A stretch of DNA of 64,000 nt from an uncultured Prolixibacteraceae bacterium. Its GTDB lineage: Bacteria; Bacteroidota; Bacteroidia; Bacteroidales; FEN-979. Shown here piece after piece: positions 19,340-29,114 of this stretch. Numbering within the stretch: the stretch's first letter is position 1; every line of letters begins with the position of its first letter. A program made the position numbers and the translations under genes. The stretch is taken from contig CAZTSX010000002.1 of NCBI GenBank assembly GCA_964616825.1, positions 149,054 to 213,053 on the forward strand. Direction: 5' to 3'. The notes under the pieces are model-generated. The model did no database searches. It was not told the DNA's origin and was given only the letters and a program-made list of their open reading frames with translations.

Positions 19340-22300
19340 TTGCATTCCTTCCTTAGCACGATCGTGAAAGCCAGCGAAATAGCATCTCTTTTCCTCAAAG
19401 ACTCCCGAAATCAGAATCTTGCCGGGAGCCTGAAGGAAGGTCGTGTACAGCGGATTTCTTTGAGAGGACTGACAGGCTCATCGAAAGCGTTTGTGGCAGC
19501 TGTTCAATACCGGCTTGCTCCGGCTCTCCATGTTGTGGTTCTGCCTGATAAAGAGCGCGCTGCCTATTTTCTGAATGACCTGGAGCAGATCTTTGCCGAG
19601 CGGGATGCGAAACCGGCAGAAAAACGAATTCTCTTCTTTCCCTCATCTTATAAACGCGGTTATTCCTCAGGGATTGCAGATAACCAGGGATTGCTGTTGC
19701 GTACGGAAGTAATGAACCGGCTGCACCAGGGAGAGAAGGAGTTTATGGTGGTAACCTATCCGGAAGCCATCTCAGAGAAAGTTGTTGACAAACAGTTTTT
19801 TGATAAAAATACCCTGAGGCTCCGTGAGGGAGAAGCAGTCTCCCTTGATTTTATCCTGGACCTGTTGATCGAGTATGAATTTGTACGAACAGAGTTTGTC
19901 CTGGAACCAGGTCAGTTTTCCCTCCGCGGCGGGCTGATTGACGTCTACTCGTTTAGCGGCGATCATCCATACAGGATTGAGTTTATTGGTGATAAAGCGG
20001 CTTCAATCCGGTCATTTGATCCCGGCACACAACTATCAATAGATACACATAAGGAGATCTCCATTGTTCCCGATATCCGAATTGATCCTGAGAAGCAAGT
20101 TGGCTATACACCAATTACTTCTTTCTTCCCTGAGAAGACAATCATCTGGGCTGAAGATCTGGGATATCTGGTTGAAGTGATTAATCAGACTGCTATCAAC
20201 CACCTTTTTGTAGATACCAAGGATTTTTTGACCTGTATTGAGGTGTTCCCTGTTGTTGAGTTGGGCGCTTCCCCATTTTATACACCGGATCTGGAGCTTC
20301 ACTATCACACCTCTCCGCAACCCTCTTTCAACAAGAATTTCGATCTACTGATTGACCAGCTCCGGAAGCATTCGGAAAACGGTTACCGGAATGTGCTCCT
20401 CTCAGATAATCCCAAGCAGAGTGAACGGTTGCTGTCGATCCTGGAAGATGTACAGGACAAACTCCCTGATCAGACTCCGATAGAGTTCAGCTCACTCTGT
20501 TATTCAATCCATGAGGGCTTTGTTGATCACGACCTGAAAACAGCTTTTTATACGGATCATCAGATCTTTGAACGCTATCACCGGTTCCGGTTACGCGATG
20601 GCTATGCCGGTAAAGAGGCCATGACCCTGAAAGAGCTCTATGACCTTAAACCCGGCGATTTTGTAACCCATATCGATCATGGAATCGGACAGTTTGACGG
20701 ATTGGAGAAGATTGTCAACAATGGGAAAGAACAGGAAGCAATCCGGCTTTTTTATAAGAATAATGATATTCTTTATGTGAGTATTCACTCCCTTCACCGG
20801 ATATCAAAATATTCGGGGAAAGAGGGGGCTGTTCCCAAGTTAAACAAGCTGGGATCCGACACCTGGAATAAACTTAAAGCAAAGACAAAACGAAGGGTCA
20901 AAGATATTGCAAAGGACCTGATCCGGCTCTATGCGAAACGGAGAGCCACTCACGGTCATGCCTGTACACCAGACACATATCTCCAAACGGAGCTGGAGGC
21001 TTCCTTTATTTATGAAGATACCCCCGACCAAATCAAATCGACGCAGGATGTGAAAAAAGATATGGAAGCGGTTTTTCCGATGGACCGGTTGATTTGTGGT
21101 GACGTAGGTTTCGGTAAAACGGAAATTGCAATTCGGGCTGCATTCAAAATGGTTGCGGAGAGCCGGCAGGTTGCTATACTGGTTCCTACGACCATCCTCG
21201 CACTGCAACATTACAAAACCTTCTCCGACAGGTTGCAGGATTTTCCCTGCAGGGTCAATTATATCAACAGGTTTAAAACAGGGAAAGCTCAAAAAAAGAT
21301 TCTGGAGGAGTTGGAAAGCGGGAAATTGGATGTCCTGATCGGAACACATCGCATGTTGAGTAAAGATATCAGGTTTAAAGACCTGGGACTCCTGATCATT
21401 GACGAGGAACAGAAATTCGGAGTGGCATCCAAAGAGAAAGTCAAGCAATTTCGCGTGAATATAGATACCCTCACCCTGACAGCGACCCCGATTCCACGCA
21501 CCCTGCAGTTTTCTCTGATGGGCGCTCGTGATCTCTCAATCATCAATACGCCACCGGCAAATCGCTATCCGGTTCAAACGGAGATCCATCCCTTCAATGA
21601 AGAGATCATCAGGGATGCTATTCAGTATGAGATCTCACGTGGCGGACAGGTATTCTTTGTCAATACACGGGTGCAGAACATCCAGGAGATAGCCGGAATG
21701 ATCAGGCGGTTGGCCCCTAATGTTAGTGTTGCTGTAGCACATGGCCAGATGGAAGGAGTAAAGCTGGAGCGTGTGATGCTTGATTTTATTGAAGGGGATT
21801 ATGATGTGCTGGTAGCTACAACGATCATCGAATCGGGACTTGATATTCCCAACGTCAACACCATCATCATCAACGACGCTCATCATTACGGATTAAGCGA
21901 TCTTCACCAGTTGCGCGGACGGGTAGGGCGATCCAACAAAAAGGCTTTTTCCTATCTGCTGGCCCCACCCATGTCTGCACTCACTGATGAAGCCCGCAAA
22001 CGCCTGCGGGCAATTGAAGAATTTGCTGACCTGGGCAGTGGATTCAATATTGCCATGCGTGACCTGGATATCCGGGGAGCAGGAAATATTCTGGGAGCGG
22101 AGCAGAGTGGATTTATTACAGAGATCGGGTTTGACATGTATCACAAAATCCTCGATGAAGCGATTATGGAGTTGAAGGAACAGGAGTTTAAAGATGTTTT
22201 TCATGTTGAACAAACCCGGGCATTTATCACGGATTGTGTAATCGAAACCGACCTGGAGATCCTGATTCCTGATTCCTACATCACAAATATCACAGAACGG

Positions 22301-22678
22301 TTAAGCCTCTATAAAGAGTTGGATTCCATTGAAACCGAAGATGAGCTGTGTAAATACCGTGACAGAATGGCGGACCGGTTTGGCCAGCTACCCCCGCAAA
22401 CGGAAGATTTGATCCGGACGATCCGACTGAGATGGCTGGCAAAGAGCATCGGTTTCGCTAAACTTGTTCTTCGGAAAGAGCGACTGGTGGCTTACTTCCC
22501 TGGTGATCCCGAATCGGGATACTATCAGTCGGAGCAGTTCACCTCCATCATCGAGTTTATGAAGACCAATCCCACCTTTTGCAAAATGAAGCAGGAGAAA
22601 GAACGGCTTTCATTGATCATTCAGGATGTTCCTGGTATTGAAACAGCCAATGAGAAACTTTCTGTGTTTACATGTTAA
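19340..22678 (+). CDS. mfd: Transcription-repair coupling factor
   Basis: 1112 aa with a superfamily-2 helicase core (GDVGFGKTEIA, DEEQKFG, TATPIPRT, QLRGRVGR). The start codon is uncertain (TTG at 19340 or GTG at 19364). Confidence 0.93.
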   Translation: MHSFLSTIVKASEIASLFLKDSRNQNLAGSLKEGRVQRISLRGLTGSSKAFVAAVQYRLAPALHVVVLPDKERAAYFLNDLEQIFAERDAKPAEKRILFFPSSYKRGYSSGIADNQGLLLRTEVMNRLHQGEKEFMVVTYPEAISEKVVDKQFFDKNTLRLREGEAVSLDFILDLLIEYEFVRTEFVLEPGQFSLRGGLIDVYSFSGDHPYRIEFIGDKAASIRSFDPGTQLSIDTHKEISIVPDIRIDPEKQVGYTPITSFFPEKTIIWAEDLGYLVEVINQTAINHLFVDTKDFLTCIEVFPVVELGASPFYTPDLELHYHTSPQPSFNKNFDLLIDQLRKHSENGYRNVLLSDNPKQSERLLSILEDVQDKLPDQTPIEFSSLCYSIHEGFVDHDLKTAFYTDHQIFERYHRFRLRDGYAGKEAMTLKELYDLKPGDFVTHIDHGIGQFDGLEKIVNNGKEQEAIRLFYKNNDILYVSIHSLHRISKYSGKEGAVPKLNKLGSDTWNKLKAKTKRRVKDIAKDLIRLYAKRRATHGHACTPDTYLQTELEASFIYEDTPDQIKSTQDVKKDMEAVFPMDRLICGDVGFGKTEIAIRAAFKMVAESRQVAILVPTTILALQHYKTFSDRLQDFPCRVNYINRFKTGKAQKKILEELESGKLDVLIGTHRMLSKDIRFKDLGLLIIDEEQKFGVASKEKVKQFRVNIDTLTLTATPIPRTLQFSLMGARDLSIINTPPANRYPVQTEIHPFNEEIIRDAIQYEISRGGQVFFVNTRVQNIQEIAGMIRRLAPNVSVAVAHGQMEGVKLERVMLDFIEGDYDVLVATTIIESGLDIPNVNTIIINDAHHYGLSDLHQLRGRVGRSNKKAFSYLLAPPMSALTDEARKRLRAIEEFADLGSGFNIAMRDLDIRGAGNILGAEQSGFITEIGFDMYHKILDEAIMELKEQEFKDVFHVEQTRAFITDCVIETDLEILIPDSYITNITERLSLYKELDSIETEDELCKYRDRMADRFGQLPPQTEDLIRTIRLRWLAKSIGFAKLVLRKERLVAYFPGDPESGYYQSEQFTSIIEFMKTNPTFCKMKQEKERLSLIIQDVPGIETANEKLSVFTC

Positions 22679-22716
22679 TCGTATTTTTTTTACTTTTGAA
22701 TAATTGAAACTACCCC

Positions 22717-24021
22717 ATGGAGTTTTTTATACTTGGTCTCCTGATCTTTATAAGTGGAATTTTCTCCATGTATGAGATCGCACTGGTCTCTTCCCGTGAA
22801 TCACGGCTCCAGGAGAAAGCAGAGGATGGTAGCCGCGGTGCGAAAATAGCACTGAACCAGCTTCAAAACATTGAAGATTTTCTCTCTACCATGCAAATTG
22901 GGATCACCCTTGCCAGCATTCTGGCCGGGGCATATGGCGGAGTTGAGATCACTGCTAAAATATATCCCTATCTCGAAGGTATCCCGATTGAACCGGGCCT
23001 ACTGTATAGCTTGACAGTTGTGCTGGTTGTAGCCCTGGTCACCTATTTCACACTCGTTTTTGGAGAAACGGTTCCCAAGTCGATTGCTTTCAAACACTCG
23101 GAGCCTATTACCATCGCTTTTGCCCCATTCATGAAAGGAGTTGCCACCGTGCTGCATCCCCTGGTCTGGATCCTGAGTATGTCGACCAAAGGGATCATGA
23201 AAATTTTTGGCGTAAAATCTGGTTCTGAACCACATATCACCGAAGAAGAGCTAAAGCTGATGATCAGGCAGAGTTCCGAACGTGGCGTAATCGATAAGCA
23301 GGAGTCAGAGATCATCAAGGATGTTTTCCGGTTTGGGGCGAAGACAGCTTTCTCGATCATGACACCCCGCATCGATATCCGCTGGATCGATGTGACAATG
23401 TCTAAACATGAAATCCTCAGTGTGATCTATGAAATGGGCTATTCGAAGTATCCGGTCTGTGACGGATCGCTGGATAAAGTAAAAGGGATCCTGGTCGTAA
23501 AAGATCTGCTGCGGATTCTTGATGATGACGATACACTGGACCTGAATCCCATCCTCTCCGAGCCTCTCTATATTCCAGAAAACCTGCCTGCTTCTGACGT
23601 GCTTGAGAAGTTCCGGGAGAAGAAGAATCATATCGCCATCGTGGTAGACGAATACGGTTCGGTTGAAGGATTGATCACATTGCACGACCTGGTGGAACAC
23701 ATCCTGGGTGATCTGCCCGACCTCACAGACAAAGAGCCTCCTGATTACGAGCAGAAACCAGACGGATCCTACCTGGTTAACGGAAGCATGAATTTCTGGG
23801 AGTTTGCCGAGTTATTGGATATCCCTGACCTTGATGACGATGAGTTTGAGGAGGAGGCCAGAAACTTTTCTACGGTGGGGGGATTGGCCATGTATACCCT
23901 CAATAGCATTCCTCAGGTTAACGATCGGTTTGCTTTTGGCGGGTATGATTTCGCAATCCTTGAGATGGATGGAAACCGAGTAGCGGCGCTTTCTGTACGC
24001 CCTGCTAAAAGCCAGGAATAA
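22717..24021 (+). CDS. CNNM/hemolysin-family membrane protein (DUF21 + CBS pair + CorC_HlyC)
   Basis: N-terminal TM region, a CBS-pair region, and a C-terminal CorC/HlyC-like domain. Confidence 0.85.
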   Translation: MEFFILGLLIFISGIFSMYEIALVSSRESRLQEKAEDGSRGAKIALNQLQNIEDFLSTMQIGITLASILAGAYGGVEITAKIYPYLEGIPIEPGLLYSLTVVLVVALVTYFTLVFGETVPKSIAFKHSEPITIAFAPFMKGVATVLHPLVWILSMSTKGIMKIFGVKSGSEPHITEEELKLMIRQSSERGVIDKQESEIIKDVFRFGAKTAFSIMTPRIDIRWIDVTMSKHEILSVIYEMGYSKYPVCDGSLDKVKGILVVKDLLRILDDDDTLDLNPILSEPLYIPENLPASDVLEKFREKKNHIAIVVDEYGSVEGLITLHDLVEHILGDLPDLTDKEPPDYEQKPDGSYLVNGSMNFWEFAELLDIPDLDDDEFEEEARNFSTVGGLAMYTLNSIPQVNDRFAFGGYDFAILEMDGNRVAALSVRPAKSQE

Positions 24022-24090
24022 AAAGTTATAATTAACGATAAAAGAAATTTATTCAGGGCAATAGAGCGATTGCCGATACGTTAAAAAGAG

Positions 24091-24831
24091 ATGTCAGATA
24101 GTTTAGTCATCATTCCTACATTCAACGAAAAGGAGAATATCGAGCTGATCATCCGTAAGGTTTTTTCGTTGGAAAAGGAGTTTGATATATTGATCGTTGA
24201 GGATAACTCTCCCGATGGCACCGCTGCTATTGTCAAATCCCTGATTAAGGAATTTCCCGATAAACTTTATATCGAAGAGCGTAAAGGCAAACTGGGCCTC
24301 GGAACTGCCTATATACATGGGTTTAAATGGGCATTGAAACGAGGATACGATTATATCTTTGAGATGGATGCCGACTTTTCGCACAACCCGGATGATCTGT
24401 TGCGTCTTTATGACACGGCAAAAAATAAGGGCGGCGACCTGGTGATCGGATCCCGGTATATCACCGGTGTAAATGTGGTCAACTGGCCAATTGGTCGTGT
24501 GTTGATGTCCTATTATGCTTCCAGTTATGTGAGGCTGGTCACAGGTATGAAGGTACGCGACACCACCGCCGGCTTTAAATGCTACAGGAGTGAAGTCCTT
24601 CGGACAATAGACCTGGATAAGATCGAATTCACCGGTTATGCCTTCCAGATTGAGATGAAATTCACTTCCTGGAAGCTGGGTTTCAACATCATTGAGGAAC
24701 CAATCATCTTCACTGACCGTACTCTGGGTGAATCCAAGATGAGTGGTGGGATCTTTAAGGAAGCGATTCTTGGCGTGATCAAACTCAGAATAAAAAGCAT
24801 TTTCCATAAACACCAACGACAGGAAGGATAA
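24091..24831 (+). CDS. Polyprenol-phosphate mannosyltransferase (GT2 family)
   Basis: LVIIPTFNEKENI ... IVEDNSPDGT ... EMDADFSH, which is a Dpm1-like GT2 signature. Confidence 0.85.
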   Translation: MSDSLVIIPTFNEKENIELIIRKVFSLEKEFDILIVEDNSPDGTAAIVKSLIKEFPDKLYIEERKGKLGLGTAYIHGFKWALKRGYDYIFEMDADFSHNPDDLLRLYDTAKNKGGDLVIGSRYITGVNVVNWPIGRVLMSYYASSYVRLVTGMKVRDTTAGFKCYRSEVLRTIDLDKIEFTGYAFQIEMKFTSWKLGFNIIEEPIIFTDRTLGESKMSGGIFKEAILGVIKLRIKSIFHKHQRQEG

Positions 24832-24832
24832 C

Positions 24833-26230
24833 ATGAGCGGTTATCTCATCCGTAATGCAAACATCGTCAACGAAGGAAAAATCTTTGTGGGGGATGTATT
24901 GGTCGAAGGAGATCGAATTCTGAAAATAGCATCCAGCATCGAGCATCAATGTCATTGCGAGGAGCAGAGCGACGAAGCAACAGCACCGAGCACCGAGCAC
25001 CGAGCATCGAGCATCGAGACCATCGACGCCACCGGCAAATACCTTCTCCCCGGCATCATCGACGACCAGGTACATTTTCGCGATCCCGGATTGACTCACA
25101 AAGGGGATCTTTTTTCCGAGAGCCGGGCTGCTGTCGCAGGAGGTGTGACATCATTTATGGATATGCCAAATACCGATCCAAAAACAACAACCCTGGCGTT
25201 ACTGGAGGAGAAGAATAAGATTGCGGCTTCAAAAGCGCTGGCGAACTACGCCTTCTTTTTTGGAGCAACCAATGAGAACCTGGATGAGATTCGACGAATC
25301 GATCCGCATAAGATATGTGGTGTGAAAATCTTTCTGGGGGCATCAACCGGCAACATGCTGGTAGACAATCCAACTACCATCAAAGCAATTCTTGATGAAT
25401 CACCGGTCCTGGTTGCCATCCACGCTGAAGATGAAGAGATCATACAGGCAAACAGCCGAATGTTCAGGGAAAAATATGGAGAAGATGTTCCCATGGAAGC
25501 ACACCCGTTGATCCGATCTGCTGAGGTTTGCTACCGGTCATCGGAACAAGCAGTGAAACTGGCTCGCGAAAGGGATTCCAGGCTCCATATCCTTCACCTC
25601 TCAACGACTCGGGAACTGGAACTTCTTGACCGTGGAATGCCGTTGAAAGAGAAACGCATCACCGGAGAGGTATGTGTCCATCATCTCTGGTTTAACGACT
25701 CCGATTACAAACGGCTGGGCGCACGGATCAAATGGAATCCGGCAATCAAATCAGCTGCCGATCAGCAAGCTTTACTAACTGGTATCCTGGATGACACCAT
25801 TGATATTATCGCTACCGACCATGCGCCACATCTCCTGGAGGAGAAAGCCAACCCCTATTTTTCCTGCCCGTCAGGCGGCCCGCTGATACAGCACACCCTG
25901 GTGGCCATGCTTGAATTTTATCATCAGGGGAAAATCCCCCTTGAACAAGTGGTTCAGAAGATGGCTCATAATGTAGCTGAACTGTATCGAATCGAACAAA
26001 GAGGCTACATCCGCGAAGGTTATTATGCCGACCTCGTACTGGTTGACCTGAACGCTCCCTGGATGGTGGCGAGTGAAAACATCCTCTACAAATGCGGTTG
26101 GTCACCCTTTGAAGGGACTACCTTTCAGTCGGCCGTTGACTCCACCTGGGTGAACGGCCACCTGGCCTATCGCCAGGGGAAAGTTTATGAATCCCATCGG
26201 GGGAAACGATTATCTTTTTATCATGACTAA
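24833..26230 (+). CDS. pyrC: Dihydroorotase (amidohydrolase) carrying a 25-aa in-frame insert
   Basis: IIDDQVHFRDPG, the ATDHAPH motif, and overall dihydroorotase-type sequence. Confidence 0.85.
   Translation: MSGYLIRNANIVNEGKIFVGDVLVEGDRILKIASSIEHQCHCEEQSDEATAPSTEHRASSIETIDATGKYLLPGIIDDQVHFRDPGLTHKGDLFSESRAAVAGGVTSFMDMPNTDPKTTTLALLEEKNKIAASKALANYAFFFGATNENLDEIRRIDPHKICGVKIFLGASTGNMLVDNPTTIKAILDESPVLVAIHAEDEEIIQANSRMFREKYGEDVPMEAHPLIRSAEVCYRSSEQAVKLARERDSRLHILHLSTTRELELLDRGMPLKEKRITGEVCVHHLWFNDSDYKRLGARIKWNPAIKSAADQQALLTGILDDTIDIIATDHAPHLLEEKANPYFSCPSGGPLIQHTLVAMLEFYHQGKIPLEQVVQKMAHNVAELYRIEQRGYIREGYYADLVLVDLNAPWMVASENILYKCGWSPFEGTTFQSAVDSTWVNGHLAYRQGKVYESHRGKRLSFYHD
24944..25018 (+). repeat. 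75-bp in-frame repeat-element insertion: a 30-bp core plus a heptamer array
   Basis: Flanked by the direct repeat AGCATCGAG (24935-24943 and 25010-25018). The core TCATTGCGAGGAGCAGAGCGACGAAGCAAC lies at 24952-24981, followed by GCACCGA x3 and GCATCGA x2. Confidence 0.8.
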
Positions 26231-26243
26231 GATTCGCATTCAA

Positions 26244-26705
26244 ATGAAAGATTTCCCAATCAAAAGTATCTGTTCTCTGATCTCAATTACGCTATACTGC
26301 ATGCTGATCTCATGCTCTCAGAAGCAGACGGTGGTGGAAGAGACGTATAATGACGGCTCACCCAAACGGGAATGTGTTTACATAGGAGAGGGGAAGGATC
26401 GTGTGTTGGTGAAAGAGACCTTTTTCTACCCCAACCGACAGGTAGAGGTGAGGGGTGAATATAAGGATGGCGAGCGTCATGGATATTGGATCTATTACTT
26501 TGAGAATGGGAACGTTTGGAGCGAAGGGTTTTACAATATGGGCAAGAATGATGGGAAACGATTGACCTACTTTGAGAACGGGAAACTCAGGTACGAAGCC
26601 CATTATAAAGATGATAAACGGATTGGCGCCTGGAAATTCTACGATGAAGCCGGCAACCTGATCAAGGATGTGAACTATTCAAAAGAAACGCAGGAGAGGA
26701 ATTAA
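26244..26705 (+). CDS. MORN-repeat (YwqK-like) lipoprotein
   Basis: Lipobox MLISC. MORN-variant repeats are present (YKDGERHGYWIYYFENGN, GKNDGKRLTYFENGK, KDDKRIGAWKFYDEAGN). The start at 26244 avoids overlap with pyrC. Confidence 0.75.
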   Translation: MKDFPIKSICSLISITLYCMLISCSQKQTVVEETYNDGSPKRECVYIGEGKDRVLVKETFFYPNRQVEVRGEYKDGERHGYWIYYFENGNVWSEGFYNMGKNDGKRLTYFENGKLRYEAHYKDDKRIGAWKFYDEAGNLIKDVNYSKETQERN

Positions 26706-26799
26706 GAATAAATCCCAAAGTCGCCATAGTTGTTTTTATACAGCATTCAGGTCCCCCATAATGAGGATATTGGTTTTTGTGTCGATTGCAAATAGAGAG

Positions 26800-26955
26800 T
26801 CAATCACATGCCGTAACCGTGTGGCATTTTCCATCCGTTTCGGACGAGTCTTTTTCTCTCCGCCATATCGCGACTTCCAGTGGCTGTTTGAATTTCTGGC
26901 CATGAACAAAAGCAACGCTTATCACGAAAAGAAGAAGAGAAATAACTTTTTTCAT
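26800..26955 (-). CDS. Possible 51-aa secreted peptide (below the ORF-track cutoff)
   Basis: My own translation gives MKKVISLLLFVISVAFVHGQKFKQPLEVAIWRREKDSSETDGKCHTVTACD. It has a clear signal peptide and starts 20 nt downstream of the stop of the 26975-27841 gene on the same strand. Confidence 0.35.
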   Translation of the reverse strand: MKKVISLLLFVISVAFVHGQKFKQPLEVAIWRREKDSSETDGKCHTVTACD

Positions 26956-26974
26956 TCACGTAATCAGCGTGCAA

Positions 26975-27841
26975 TTAATCTGTGACGATCACCAGGTATT
27001 TTGTGACTGCCCAGAACGATTTCGGATCTGTGATCTGAAGTGCCTGTACCAGCTTTTTATCACCGGTAAACTTATATGACGACGAGGCATGCTTGGAGAG
27101 CACATCAGCTTTCTTACTCAGAATGGGAATCTCAGTGGTTTTACGGATGTCGATCAGGGTAAAATCATCCTTGTTGAAGTCATCCAGGATCACTTTACCT
27201 TTAAGGAAGTCGCCTTTGATTACTCTTTTTTTCTTGAGATCTTTGGCTGTACCAATGATATAGTAGGCAGTATTGAGCTTGGTTGTTTGCTCTTGAATCT
27301 GGTCGGACTGGTCGGTGATCTTGTCTGTCTGACTTTGGACAGTCTGTGAGAGGTCATCGATCATCAGGTTGGCTGCATCGATAGAGATATTCATTTTCAC
27401 CAGTTTTCCTCTAAGCTCTTCAATCTCAGCATTTTTCAGCGCGATCTCCGTATTGATACGGTCGACCAATTTTTGCAGCTCTGCTACCTGCAGGTTCGAG
27501 CCTTTCAATCTCTTCTGGAGATTCCTTAATGTTTGTTTGTTTTTTAACATCAGGGCATAGATGGTTTGGATATCACTTTTAATCTGCTTTTTAGCTGAAA
27601 CTTTCAGCTCGCCTCCCCGGTCAGTACTCAGGGCGATGATATTCTCTTTCATCTTGATTGTATCCAGGGTACTCTGGATATCGTTGATAGAAGCGATAAA
27701 TTCGCTGAGGGCTTCGTCTTTTTGAAGCGAGGTGGTCATGAGACTGTCGTTTCGTGACTTTAACGCTTCAGCCTCTTTTTTCGCCTGGCGTCCGCAGGCA
27801 AAGAAAACAGGAATCAACAGGAGAAGGAGATACTTTTTCAT
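26975..27841 (-). CDS. Coiled-coil lipoprotein of unknown function
   Basis: MKKYLLLLLIPVFFAC lipobox, followed by long heptad-rich helices. Confidence 0.7.
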   Translation of the reverse strand: MKKYLLLLLIPVFFACGRQAKKEAEALKSRNDSLMTTSLQKDEALSEFIASINDIQSTLDTIKMKENIIALSTDRGGELKVSAKKQIKSDIQTIYALMLKNKQTLRNLQKRLKGSNLQVAELQKLVDRINTEIALKNAEIEELRGKLVKMNISIDAANLMIDDLSQTVQSQTDKITDQSDQIQEQTTKLNTAYYIIGTAKDLKKKRVIKGDFLKGKVILDDFNKDDFTLIDIRKTTEIPILSKKADVLSKHASSSYKFTGDKKLVQALQITDPKSFWAVTKYLVIVTD

Positions 27842-27978
27842 AACGATGATGTTTTTGAATATATGCAAAGGTAGTAAGAATAACGGAAAATCTAAAAGGA
27901 AATTATGTTGATAATTCGTAGTAATTATTCAAGGGGATTATTCAATTCTGATCCTTTTTCATATTACCTTGCAATCAA

Positions 27979-28992
27979 ATGTGGAAATTCATGATTGCCA
28001 TGAAGTATGTGGTTCCCCTTTTTCGCTTGCTGATCCTTCTGCTTTTCTGTATCTCTGGGGCACAGTCCCTTAGCGCTGAGGAGATACCCAAAGGGCAGTT
28101 GCTCTTTATCGAAAACAAAGGTCAGATCATTGATCAGGTTGGGAATCTCAACCCGGCTGTGCGTTATTTATTCAACTCAATAGGGTTCAATGTGCAACTA
28201 CGAAAAGAGGGATTTAGTTATGATGTCTTTACGATAGAGAGACAAGGAGAAACCAATCACCAGTCACTAGTCACCAGTCCACAGTCCACAGTCCACTGTG
28301 CTCAATCAATGGATACGAATGACTCTCAGATACGTTTTCATCGAATTGACTTCAATTTTGAAGGGGCAAATCCTGATTGCAAAATCATCGCTGAAGATCC
28401 CTCTTCCAACTACCTGAATTACTATACCACCGGAACACCTGAAGAGGGCATTACCGAAGTTCGACATTATGGCAAAGTCACCTACAGGGATCTATATCCG
28501 GGAATTGACCTGGAATGCCTGTCAGGAGTTCAAACACGTTTCAAATATAATTTAATAGTCAAACCAGGCGCCGACATGGGTCAGATCCGGATGAGGATTG
28601 ATGGAGCTACAGAAATCAACGAGACAGATGGCAATCTGACCCTTCACAACTCAATCAACACCATTGAAGAGAAAATTCCTGCCAGTTTCTTCTCTGTAGA
28701 AAGCGAGACAACGGAAATTCAGGTAGAGTTTCACAACATTCATGACAACCTCTTTGGATTTTCAACTTCCACGGAAATACCTGCTGATGCCATTCTTATC
28801 ATAGATCCTGTCCCTGATATCGTGTGGGGGACCTATTATGGGGGTGCCAGCCTTGATTATATGTTTGATTGTGCTCTTGGTACCGACGGGAATCTGTACA
28901 CTGGAGGATACACATATTCACCCAATAATATTGCTTCTACAGGATCATTTCAGTTTACAATCGCAGGTATCATGAATCACTTGATAATCTGA
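27979..28992 (+). pseudogene. SBBP/beta-propeller-repeat secreted protein, 3'-truncated by a transposase remnant
   Basis: Signal peptide, an FIENKGQ N-terminal domain, and the first SBBP-like repeat (GNLYTGGYTYSPNNIASTGSFQ). The frame then runs into transposase-derived sequence and stops. No T9SS C-terminal domain is present. Confidence 0.6.
28258..28299 (+). repeat. 6 x 7-bp drifting array, in frame inside the SBBP gene
   Basis: CACCAGT CACTAGT CACCAGT CCACAGT CCACAGT CCACTGT. This is 42 bp (14 codons) and is translated as HQSLVTSPQSTVHC. Confidence 0.85.
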
Positions 28993-29114
28993 CACCAGCA
29001 GATGTTTACTTTGGAAGGTCTGAGGACATCCTGAAAACGCGCAGGGAAACGAAAAGGAAAACAATAGCTTTAAGAAGAAAAGATTATTTTTTTCAGAAAG
29101 CCCATGTGATATAA
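28956..29114 (+). mobile_element. C-terminal remnant of a DDE (rve integrase-core) transposase
   Basis: My own translation in another frame gives YNRRYHESLDNLTPADVYFGRSEDILKTRRETKRKTIALRRKDYFFQKAHVI*. The RYHESLxNLTPADVYFGR motif is a typical rve-family C-terminus. No catalytic part is present. Confidence 0.75.

Noticed and set aside
24103-24834. 243-aa ORF on the minus strand.
   Set aside because: It is entirely antisense to the clearly recognisable GT2 mannosyltransferase gene, has no motifs of its own, and looks like a typical shadow ORF.
24949-25218. 89-aa ORF (MSLRGAERRSNSTEHRAPSIEHR...) and the similar 59737-60036 ORF (…SIEHRAPSIQ…).
   Set aside because: Both are artefacts of translating the repeat core and heptamer arrays in another frame, and both overlap real genes.
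26761-26985. 74-aa plus-strand ORF in the gap after the MORN lipoprotein gene.
   Set aside because: It has no signal or motif, and its sequence is low-complexity nonsense. The opposite strand holds a shorter but far more protein-like signal-peptide ORF (26800-26955).
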